This document shows positions 9,801 through 15,748 of a DNA stretch of 24,000 nucleotides, piece after piece. The position numbers and the translations under genes were made by a program. How positions within the stretch are numbered: the first letter of the stretch is position 1; each line of letters starts with the position of its first letter. The stretch comes from Candidatus Woesearchaeota archaeon (GTDB lineage: Archaea > Nanobdellota > Nanobdellia > Pacearchaeales > GW2011-AR1): positions 12,340 to 36,339 of the forward strand of contig CAZCCD010000006.1 of NCBI GenBank assembly GCA_964497435.1. The letters run 5' to 3'. The notes beneath the pieces were generated by a model. That model ran no database searches. It worked only from the letters and a program-made list of their open reading frames with translations, and had not been told where the DNA came from.

Positions 9801-9872
9801 AAATGTTCTTTGCCATTAAGAATGATTGAGCAATGCGAGCAATGTGTTTGTGGATATTCTAAATGTAATTAA
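6849..9872 (+). CDS. nrdJ: Class II (adenosylcobalamin-dependent) ribonucleotide reductase with C-terminal Cys-rich zinc-finger tail
   Basis: TNPCGEKPLLPHEACVLGHVNL matches the class II active-site finger-loop motif (thiyl-radical Cys). The single large chain has no radical-generating partner gene nearby. The C-terminal CPKC...CEQCVCGYSKC tail is like that described for many NrdJ. Confidence 0.9.
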   Translation: MSNEGREAYGARNRQLLERIGPLIEDFEATVNRDGKEERIKLYDPSTVIHRLSAHPDYVVERTLGTLNDEVLSGDPNKANYSKIVLDKWGRKDPVTKRYSETPEMVFYRAALSVAEGLVKNDPSLDFEQTTRNIFEKFFNKEIYPNTPYMANGGHKRISRKIEEALTSYGGQIPKTITNDLEQERKIKEQLFACFVLPLYDSRESIFKTLIDAANIQASVGGTGFNYELRPANEIVHGTGGTTDGPVSFMRMFSEVLGRTMNQGGKREGANMFMLDWNHPDIMRFIYSKRQDGEISAANISIAVDHEFIEAAKSDGDKKFYRLKNVHHHPELRPHISPFYTADQLKQSIEVTKINRKAVASLLLGENGVDVLSPWLPEGLDEEYKVIGKIGEDGYVYLDAKKVIRHLAFGAWFNGEPGVIFTGHINDHNPTHPRHYEEYLLEQKDQEAQSIVNTLRSRNPNASLEDLVHKYVWEMGEDGRLKNLPVGVGVIRATNPCGEKPLLPHEACVLGHVNLEKILVTDSVSQSGYRVDYDKFAADTRLMYEILDNAIDQNEFTTPEIEVTQKSNRKVGLGFMGLANMLYRLEIPYNSEEGRKFVDELLTFWERESDKSSFEKADKFGAFPNFKYSHHKNGRQKRNAIVRTLAPTGTTGFVAQTTGGMEPEYALAYTRTTMQGTSIDMFNPVLEEKLDKYSFFFGADTRESLHEFIMGNKGISTTGGSLQEFNITRQKGESVDSFRARQQNLNKIKKIFVTAYDILPEDHLTMEAIVQRHVDDAISKTTNFRHNASVEEVEGAFLLAHELGIKGVTFYRDGTRKDQPLKVKGQKYSNETSNGNLADLVLTYINRPRPEIVSGPEIKIRTPYDYNAFVRVGWERNEQGKPISTYEAFVNLGKTGEDLPAIAEGYGRLISLALKAGVPAHIVSNELVGIGGATQKGFGEERVMSLPDAIGQAIDKAIEQESRLSGMYNGNEKKDVTKSGNLCPKCSLPLRMIEQCEQCVCGYSKCN

Positions 9873-9991
9873 AACTTTTTTAGAGATAGGAGTTTGATCA
9901 TAATGACTAGGGGGAAGTATTGCTTGTAAGATAAGAATCTTTTTAAAATAAATAAAGTAGTAATCAATATATAAAAGACTGGACTAATTAA

Positions 9992-11107
9992 ATGACTGGT
10001 AAAATTTTGTCAGATAGGCTGATAAGAGAATTAATCAGAAATGGGTCAGTATTAAATGCTAATCCAAAAAACGTCAATCCCAGCAGCCTTGATTTAAGGT
10101 TAAGCAATGAAAAGTGGAAAACAATGGGAAGTTTCTTGCCATTAGTAGGCCAGAAAATCAGAGAATCATTAGGCTCCCATCATATTGTTGATACAGAAAA
10201 TTGTAAGAGAGAGGAGTTTTATATGGAGAGAGATCAACCTTATGTTATTCGTCTTGTTGAATCACTAAATTTACCAAAAGGAATAACTGCCAGAGTGTTT
10301 AATAAATCAGGATGCGGGAGGGTTGGAATTTCTGTTAAAGGTTTAGTTGATGGAGTGCCAAGATTTAGTTATGTCCCAAGTGGATATGTTGGTGAGATTT
10401 ATACTGAAGTCTGTTCAACAACGTTTCAGTGTGTGTTCAAGCCAGGGGAAACATCTGCCCCTCAAATAAGATTTTATGACGGAGAGCCGGGGTCTGTTTC
10501 TGGAGCATATCTTTCATTATTACTGCAACAGCATCCAATTCTTGTTAATGATCAAGGAGAAAGATCTTATAGCGATGCTGATTTGGAAGAAATCATTTCT
10601 ACAGGAAAGATGATATTTACAATCGACTTATCAAGCAGAACTCTTGCTTATACTTCACGCAGGACCAGCAGGACATTTAATCTATCAAAAAGAGATTATT
10701 ATGACCCTAATGATTTTTTCTCTGAAGAAGTTTCAAGAGGTGAAAAAAGCATAGTGATAAACCCCGGAGATTTTGCAATTGTTAAATCTCAGCAAAACAT
10801 AAGGCTTCCACCGAATTATGCTGCAGAAATAGCTCCTTATTCAGCAGATATTGGAGACATAAAGACAAGCTATGCTGATTTAGTAAATGCAGGACATGGA
10901 TTTGATGAAAACGACCCTAATGTAAAAGGCCATATTTTCTTTGAGGTCAGGGCAAGAGATACTCCTATTGTACTGCAGGACGGGCAACCTCTTGCTAAAT
11001 TTGAGTTATATGAAATGTTAGAAGAGCCTAGACAGAGATATATGCATACAAGAACATCAAACTTTAATAACTTAAGTTCATTTTTACCTAAACAATTTAA
11101 AAAATGA
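9992..11107 (+). CDS. dcd: Long-form 2'-deoxycytidine 5'-triphosphate deaminase (tandem dUTPase-fold, PF06559/DCD-like)
   Basis: 371 aa. The N-terminus ILSDRLIRELI...PSSLDLRLS and the C-terminal NYAAEIAPYS...YADLVNAGHGFD...GHIFFEVRARDTPIVLQDGQPLAKFELYEM follow the long DCD family pattern as I recall it. That includes a Glu in the xxEVR position. Confidence 0.75.
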   Translation: MTGKILSDRLIRELIRNGSVLNANPKNVNPSSLDLRLSNEKWKTMGSFLPLVGQKIRESLGSHHIVDTENCKREEFYMERDQPYVIRLVESLNLPKGITARVFNKSGCGRVGISVKGLVDGVPRFSYVPSGYVGEIYTEVCSTTFQCVFKPGETSAPQIRFYDGEPGSVSGAYLSLLLQQHPILVNDQGERSYSDADLEEIISTGKMIFTIDLSSRTLAYTSRRTSRTFNLSKRDYYDPNDFFSEEVSRGEKSIVINPGDFAIVKSQQNIRLPPNYAAEIAPYSADIGDIKTSYADLVNAGHGFDENDPNVKGHIFFEVRARDTPIVLQDGQPLAKFELYEMLEEPRQRYMHTRTSNFNNLSSFLPKQFKK

Positions 11108-11685
11108 AAATTTCAGCTGTAAGAATTTTAGAGTTGAATCCAAAATATGGGTTTATTAAAGGCCTTAGCGAAAGAGAGATGAACAACCCAGAAGGGAGTG
11201 GATTTGACTTAAGAGTTGGAAGAGTTGAGAGAATCATAGGACCAAGTTTTTTAGGGGTTGAGAAAAGGACATCTGCTGAGACAGAACTTATTGGAGATTT
11301 TAAAGATGATGGCAGGAAATTGATAACCTTACCTCCAGGACAATCTTATCTTGTAAGTACAATTGAAACAGTCTATGCCCCAGATGAAAAAATAAAATAT
11401 GATGAGTTTTTCCCAGAAGCATATATTGAAGTAAAAATCTGTGCAAGGACTTCATTACCAAGAGGAGTTGTTGCATTGCTTCATGGAAGAGTAAATCCAG
11501 GATATAGAGGCCAATTAACATTTGGAATTGCAAATACTGGCGAATACGATTTTAATTTTGAACTTGGTGCCAGGATGTTTGATATTCAGTTTGAGCCTAT
11601 TATCGGAGAAATCAAAAGAGCTTACTCTGGACAACATCAAGGTGGCAGAACAACCAGCCAAGGAAAAGTAGAAATGCAAAATTAG
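11104..11685 (+). CDS. dUTPase/dCTP-deaminase superfamily protein (short form), with atypical catalytic positions
   Basis: SGFDLRVG, ARTSLPRG and GRVNPGYRGQLTFGIANTG align by eye with the E. coli Dut motif GLIDSDYQGQLMISVWNRG and Dcd RIDPGWSGCIVLEFYNSG. ATGA overlap with dcd (11104-11107). Confidence 0.7.
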   Translation: MKISAVRILELNPKYGFIKGLSEREMNNPEGSGFDLRVGRVERIIGPSFLGVEKRTSAETELIGDFKDDGRKLITLPPGQSYLVSTIETVYAPDEKIKYDEFFPEAYIEVKICARTSLPRGVVALLHGRVNPGYRGQLTFGIANTGEYDFNFELGARMFDIQFEPIIGEIKRAYSGQHQGGRTTSQGKVEMQN

Positions 11686-11739
11686 TTTTCTATCACAATT
11701 ATATTTATAAGAAAGCAAGAGAACGTCTTATAATATAAA

Positions 11740-12870
11740 ATGGTTCAGCAATATCTAGAGCATTCAAAAGAGATTCTGTCTTCTAAACCTTCAAAGTTTA
11801 AATTTAATGAGAGAAGGGGGCTGGGAAGAATTTATCGTTTCGGATACCAAAATAGATATGACTTAAGTGAAGGATTTCCTTTATTGACAACGAAAAAAAT
11901 GCATTTTAAATTAATTGCCCATGAATTAATCTGGTTTTTAAGCGGTGAAACAAACATAAAATATCTTACTGATAACAACGTGCATATATGGGATGATGAT
12001 GCTTTTAATTATAATCTGAGAGGAATGGTAGAAGAAGGGATATTTCCATCAGCATTTGATAAGTATTCAGAATCTTGGTTTGCTGCAAAAAAAGATTACA
12101 TTCAAAGAGTAAAAGAAGATGAAGAGTTTGCCTCTAGATGGGGAGATTTGGGGCCTGTTTATGGTTCTCAATGGATTCACTGGCCAAAGTTTGTTCCTGT
12201 TAGCGTTGAAATTTATGGAGAAAAAAGAGAATATTATATCAAAGATCCAAAAGGAATAGACCAAATTGCTTCTGTAATTGAAAGTATGAAAAAAGATATT
12301 ACTTCTGCAAGACACATGGTTACAGCGTGGAATCCAAACGAAGTTGGAAGTATGGCTCTTCCTCCATGTCATACTCTTTTTCAGCTTAATTCTAACGAAA
12401 AACAATTAGACCTTCAACTTTATCAAAGGGCATGTGACATGTTTTTGGGAGTTCCATTTAACATTGCCAGCTATTCTTTACTTACAATGATTTTTGCAAG
12501 AGAATTTGGATTAAAACCAGGAGATTTTGTACACACGTTTGGAGATGTTCACTTTTATACTGGTGCAGGTGAAAGAGCTAAATGGTACAGAGACAATTTT
12601 GCAGAATTAAAACAAGCTGTTGGTAAATCGTTTAACCCAAATGATTTTGGTATCTTACTAAATTGGATAAATAGTTCAGTTCCTCTAGAAGACAAAGGAA
12701 AAGAAGGAATGGATCACGTTACAGGAATTTTAGAACAGCTTACAAGAACTCCAAGAGAGATGCCAAGAGTAAAAATTGCCGACAAACCTTACAATAAATT
12801 GACAATAGATGATTTTGTTCTTGAAGGATATGATCCCCACCCACATATAAAAAGAGCACTAGCAGTTTAA
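11740..12870 (+). CDS. thyA: Thymidylate synthase ThyA (long variant with insertions)
   Basis: GFPLLTTKK, HELIWFLSGETNIKYL, GDLGPVYGSQW, ALPPCHTLFQ (catalytic Cys), LYQRACDMFLGVPFNIASYSLL and C-terminal GYDPHPHIKRALAV are all colinear with E. coli and L. casei ThyA. Confidence 0.92.
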   Translation: MVQQYLEHSKEILSSKPSKFKFNERRGLGRIYRFGYQNRYDLSEGFPLLTTKKMHFKLIAHELIWFLSGETNIKYLTDNNVHIWDDDAFNYNLRGMVEEGIFPSAFDKYSESWFAAKKDYIQRVKEDEEFASRWGDLGPVYGSQWIHWPKFVPVSVEIYGEKREYYIKDPKGIDQIASVIESMKKDITSARHMVTAWNPNEVGSMALPPCHTLFQLNSNEKQLDLQLYQRACDMFLGVPFNIASYSLLTMIFAREFGLKPGDFVHTFGDVHFYTGAGERAKWYRDNFAELKQAVGKSFNPNDFGILLNWINSSVPLEDKGKEGMDHVTGILEQLTRTPREMPRVKIADKPYNKLTIDDFVLEGYDPHPHIKRALAV

Positions 12871-12871
12871 A

Positions 12872-13435
12872 ATGGAATACAAAGGTTTATTTTTAATTGT
12901 AGCAATTTCCGACAACAATGTGATTGGATTAAATGGAAAAATTCCTTGGAGAGAAACTCCAGAAGATAGAAAGAGATTTAAAAAAGACATGGAAAGATTT
13001 AGAGATCTTACTACAGGCCATCCAGTCATAATGGGAAGAAAAACCTATCAATCTCTGCCTCTCCAGACAAAAAATCCAAATCTTCCAAAAACTTCTAGAG
13101 CCTTGCCAAACAGATCAAATATTGTTGTGACTCATGACAGTAATTTTAATCCTACAGGAGTGCATGTCAGACATTCTATTGAAGATGCCTTAAATCTTGC
13201 AAGAGAAATTGACAACAAAGCCTATTATGTTATTGGAGGAGCAGAAATTTACAGACAAATTTTGCCTTATGCGAGCATGATTGAATTGACAAGGATACAT
13301 CAAATAATTCCAGGTGATACTATGTTTCCAGATGTTAATTGGGATGATTGGAAAAGAATTTACAGGGAAAAGCATGAAGATGAAGGTTTTACATTTGAAA
13401 CTTATAGGAGGAAAATAAGAGAGCAAGATGGATAA
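12872..13435 (+). CDS. folA: Dihydrofolate reductase
   Basis: LIVAISDNNVIGLNGKIPW...PVIMGRKTYQSLP...YVIGGAEIY is the classic DHFR pattern. It starts 1 nt after the thyA stop. Confidence 0.88.
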   Translation: MEYKGLFLIVAISDNNVIGLNGKIPWRETPEDRKRFKKDMERFRDLTTGHPVIMGRKTYQSLPLQTKNPNLPKTSRALPNRSNIVVTHDSNFNPTGVHVRHSIEDALNLAREIDNKAYYVIGGAEIYRQILPYASMIELTRIHQIIPGDTMFPDVNWDDWKRIYREKHEDEGFTFETYRRKIREQDG

Positions 13436-13502
13436 TCTTTCTAGTTAAACAAAATAATTTTCAATAAAATTTAAAAACTCTGATTTAGCTATAATATAAA
13501 AC

Positions 13503-13841
13503 ATGGAGAGAACAATTATGAAAAACGAGAGAGTTCATGAATTGACTAATGGCGAATTTGTAGAGTTCACAAAAAATGGAACTGTTTTAATTGACTTTTT
13601 CGCAGAGTGGTGCATGCCTTGCGTAATGATGGAGCCAATAATTGAGGATCTTTCAGATAAATTTAAAGGAAAAATAAAATTCGGAAGAGTGAATGTCGAG
13701 GATAATCATGAACTTTCAAATAAATTTAATATAAGATCAATACCTAATTTTGTTCTTTTTAAAGACGGAAAAGTTCTACATCAATTTATAGGTTCTATGC
13801 CAGAAGAAGATTTTGAGGAAAGGCTGAGAAAGTTTATTTGA
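13503..13841 (+). CDS. trxA: Thioredoxin (active site WCMPC)
   Basis: VLIDFFAEWCMPCVMMEP...IRSIPNFVLFKDGK shows the thioredoxin fold signature with a CxxC. An alternative start at 13518 (MKNERV) is possible, and TATA-like boxes fit either start. Confidence 0.88.
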   Translation: MERTIMKNERVHELTNGEFVEFTKNGTVLIDFFAEWCMPCVMMEPIIEDLSDKFKGKIKFGRVNVEDNHELSNKFNIRSIPNFVLFKDGKVLHQFIGSMPEEDFEERLRKFI

Positions 13842-13848
13842 TTCTATT

Positions 13849-13854
13849 AAAAAA
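13849..13854 (-). terminator. Oligo-T tract (T6 on the minus strand) immediately after the tRNA discriminator base
   Basis: The plus strand reads AAAAAA at 13849-13854. Archaeal RNAP terminates at oligo-T runs. Confidence 0.4.
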
Positions 13855-14034
13855 TGGCCCCGATGGGATTTGAACCCACGACACCTGGATTTCTTTTTTG
13901 ACTTCTCCTTCTTGCGATTTCATCGGAGGCAATTTGAAAATCGCCTTTCTGTGCCTAAAGGAGATGGTCCAAGGAAGAACCCCGGTTCTTCTTGATTAAA
14001 AGTCCAGTGCTCTACCAGACTGAGCTACGGAGCC
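13855..14034 (-). tRNA. tRNA-Lys (anticodon UUU) interrupted by a 106-nt intron at or next to the canonical 37/38 position; no encoded CCA
   Basis: Hand-folded cloverleaf on the minus strand. Acceptor GGCTCCG/CGGGGCC (one G-U). D arm GCTC-AGTCTGGTA-GAGC. Anticodon stem CTGGA/TCCAG with loop CTTTTAA. Variable loop GTGTC. T arm GTGGG-TTCAAAT-CCCAT. Discriminator A. Confidence 0.85.
13891..13996 (-). other. tRNA-Lys intron (106 nt, about 43% GC, highly structured); boundaries ambiguous by 1 nt because of a repeated A
   Basis: The 3' splice site fits helix / 3-nt bulge / 4-bp helix: C32-U35 CUUU pairs with intron AAAG, then bulge AA|A, then TCCAG. Internal helices are CAAGAAGAAC-CGGG-GTTCTT(C)CTTG, GAC..TCTCCTT/AAGGAGA.GTC, AGGCA/TGCCT and GCGATTT/AAATCGC. 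Confidence 0.75.
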
Positions 14035-14097
14035 TCACTTCATTCGGTTCCTCGCTACAATGTCGTCCAAGCGTGGCCGCCATAGAGCAACAGAGCC
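14035..14097 (-). ncRNA. Unassigned 63-nt GC-rich (35/63 GC) element directly 5' of tRNA-Lys; candidate transcribed leader or co-transcribed small RNA
   Basis: GC content is far above the flanks. It begins GGCTCTGTTGCTC, matching 11 of the first 13 nt of the tRNA. A TATA-like box sits about 26 nt upstream of its first base. I could not fold it into a cloverleaf. Confidence 0.35.
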
Positions 14098-14120
14098 TTA
14101 AATAGATGATAAAAAATTAG

Positions 14121-14128
14121 TTTATAAA
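14121..14128 (-). promoter_or_regulatory. TATA-like box (TTTATAAA) positioned to start minus-strand transcription near 14097-14100
   Basis: The sequence, plus about 26 nt spacing to the start of the GC-rich block upstream of the tRNA. Confidence 0.4.
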
Positions 14129-14194
14129 AGTTATTAAATTATTTTTAATAGAGATTACAACAATCTTTAAAAATAATCTTTTTTTTAAGCATGA

Positions 14195-14578
14195 ATGTAT
14201 TGGGAATCAAGAATAAGACTTGAAGTAGCTGATGAAGATACTGATAATTATGGCCATTTAAATAATGCGGCTTTTCCAATATATTTTGAAAGAGGAAGAG
14301 ATGATTTAAACCTTAAACATAAATTGCATGCAAAAAATCTTTTTCCAGAAGGACTCGGTTTCTTAGTAAAGAGGGCTTCCTATGAATATAATAAATTAGT
14401 TACTCCTGACAGCGAGGTTGAAATAAGATCAAGATTTATGGGTAATATTGGAGCAAGAGTTATTGTAGAACAAGAGATGTGGCAAGATGGCAAGGTTGTA
14501 GCCAGATGTAATGCAGAATATTTTTTCACAGATATTGTAAAAGGCAAACCAATAAGACCATTAATAAAAAATGATTGA
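14195..14578 (+). CDS. Hotdog-fold acyl-CoA thioesterase (4HBT/YbgC-like)
   Basis: The N-terminal pattern RLEVADEDTDNYGHLNNAAFPIYFERGRDD matches the V.YEDTD..GHV.N..Y..YFE.AR signature of the 4HBT-type thioesterases. Length is 127 aa. Confidence 0.8.
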   Translation: MYWESRIRLEVADEDTDNYGHLNNAAFPIYFERGRDDLNLKHKLHAKNLFPEGLGFLVKRASYEYNKLVTPDSEVEIRSRFMGNIGARVIVEQEMWQDGKVVARCNAEYFFTDIVKGKPIRPLIKND

Positions 14579-14771
14579 AAAAATAATATCTAAGATTTAT
14601 CCTACCAAAATTCACATGAGAGTAAGAAAAGGCGATAGTTTTTTAGAATTCTCTGAAGTTTCATTTAAATATTATACCTGGAAAGGAATTTACAAAAGGG
14701 TTAATGAAATGTATATACTCCTTACAGAGTATTACAATAATGTTCATGTTCGGGTTTTAGATAGAGAATAA
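14571..14771 (+). CDS. Hypothetical small protein (66 aa)
   Basis: The ORF has an ATGATTGA overlap with the thioesterase stop, which suggests translational coupling. No motif recognised. Confidence 0.45.
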   Translation: MIEKIISKIYPTKIHMRVRKGDSFLEFSEVSFKYYTWKGIYKRVNEMYILLTEYYNNVHVRVLDRE

Positions 14772-14790
14772 GAAATATTTATCTTGAACT

Positions 14791-14964
14791 TTAATCTAGG
14801 TTTAAAAGCCTCTGTAAAAGTGTTTTTCTTCTATAGGGAATGGGCACATCACTTCCAATAGGGATTCCCGCCATTCTTCTACTAGCCTGATAAGCTAACT
14901 TTTCTGCTAGTTCAATATAAGCTTTACCTGCTCCTTTTTCCCTATATTCATCTGCCATTTTCAT
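14791..14964 (-). CDS. Hypothetical small protein (57 aa), below the ORF-track length cutoff
   Basis: Hand translation of the minus strand gives MKMADEYREKGAGKAYIELAEKLAYQASRRMAGIPIGSDVPIPYRRKTLLQRLLNLD*. It starts 10 nt downstream of the stop of the 170-aa gene on the same strand. A stop-free run of this length is unlikely by chance in AT-rich DNA. Confidence 0.35.
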   Translation of the reverse strand: MKMADEYREKGAGKAYIELAEKLAYQASRRMAGIPIGSDVPIPYRRKTLLQRLLNLD

Positions 14965-14973
14965 AAAAAAGAT

Positions 14974-15486
14974 TTAATGAGTTGATTGATCTAGAGATAT
15001 GGCTGGATTAAAAAACCTCTCACCAAAAGGATCTTGAAAATCTGAAGAAAAAACTCCCTGATCAACAGTATCATGAATATAAACAAAGGGTCTAGAAGCA
15101 AAAGTTTGTCTGACATTTTTTGGTTTAGGTTCATTGTCTCCAAACATCATATAAGCAAGATCTCTTCCCATACTAATTCCAGTTACATCATTGATAATTC
15201 TAATAATGCTATAATCTGTTGCTCCTTGCATCACTTCTATTTCACTCTTTGAATAACCATCCATCAATTGGTTTGTAGTAATACCAAAACTTCCAACGCC
15301 AACAACACCGGAAATAAGAACATGACTAGTGAAATGTCTTGCCTTTCTTTTTGCAAATTCTAAAAATCTTGAAAATTCTCTAGGATCTGTTCCTCTATTA
15401 GGATCTGGAGAACTAGGAGCATAATAAGTAGCATCATTCAAATCTTCACTTATTTCCTCAACTCTTAATCTGTATTGTCTGGACAT
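14974..15486 (-). CDS. Hypothetical protein (170 aa), no recognisable family
   Basis: Clean ORF with no Cys residues. A TATA-like TATTTAAAGA lies about 28 nt upstream of its ATG. Gly-rich segment SGVVGVGSFG. Confidence 0.6.
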   Translation of the reverse strand: MSRQYRLRVEEISEDLNDATYYAPSSPDPNRGTDPREFSRFLEFAKRKARHFTSHVLISGVVGVGSFGITTNQLMDGYSKSEIEVMQGATDYSIIRIINDVTGISMGRDLAYMMFGDNEPKPKNVRQTFASRPFVYIHDTVDQGVFSSDFQDPFGERFFNPAISLDQSTH

Positions 15487-15550
15487 TTTATATTAATAGA
15501 AGTCATAGTATTTAAAGATAATTGTAAAAGATTATACAAAAAACAAAGTT

Positions 15551-15748
15551 TTAATGTTCTATTATTTTGTCTTTTAATTTTTCACGAAAACGAGAAGCTT
15601 TTAGCACTTCAACACCAATAATCTTTCCATTTTTGTCTAACTCAATATTAATTCCTGGAACTATTTCTTCAAAGCTTTCTTCTTCTCCCTCCTCAAAGTA
15701 GATAAAAAGGGAATCTGATTCAACATCATAGTTATATTTTTTATTCAT
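15551..15748 (-). CDS. DUF2283-like small protein (putative antitoxin partner)
   Basis: 65 aa. YDVESDSLFIYFEEGE....GINIELDKNGKIIGVEVLKAS is the typical DUF2283 pattern (YD.e.D.lyi.....v.ld.dG.ivGiEil.as). Confidence 0.7.
   Translation of the reverse strand: MNKKYNYDVESDSLFIYFEEGEEESFEEIVPGINIELDKNGKIIGVEVLKASRFREKLKDKIIEH

Noticed and set aside
6849-9872. Possible intein in the 1007-aa class II RNR. Archaeal RNRs often carry inteins, and this protein is long.
   Set aside because: I see no intein block signatures: no Cys/Ser/Thr-initiated insert ending in HN followed by a nucleophile, and no LAGLIDADG-type motifs. The active-site region TNPCGEKPLLPHEAC is uninterrupted. The extra length looks like ordinary loop insertions.
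11740-12870. ThyA homologue acting as a pyrimidine hydroxymethylase in a DNA-hypermodification pathway. The cluster resembles phage dNTP modules.
   Set aside because: The specificity Asn (PFNIASY) indicates dUMP rather than dCMP. The tight coupling to DHFR fits a true thymidylate synthase that produces dihydrofolate. No glycosyltransferase, kinase or other modification genes are nearby. I cannot fully exclude this without an assay.
50-13426. Other short overlapping ORFs from the track: 50-247, 4128-4337, 5590-5790, 6550-6765, 6734-6994, 7877-8059, 8685-8873, 8852-9088, 11300-11533, 11515-11718, 12067-12405 and 13190-13426.
   Set aside because: Each is nested in or antisense to a longer ORF with clear family motifs. 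None has recognisable features of its own.
13891-13996. A C/D-box sRNA encoded in the tRNA-Lys intron, as in some archaeal tRNA-Trp introns.
   Set aside because: Only an imperfect C-box-like CGAUGAA is present, with no CUGA D box in the proper position. The helices found explain the GC enrichment without invoking a C/D RNP.
13855-14100. The tRNA locus as an integration site of a mobile element, since a partial tRNA-like repeat lies upstream.
   Set aside because: No integrase, transposase or viral/plasmid genes flank the tRNA in this window. The similarity is limited to 13 nt of a region conserved among many tRNAs.
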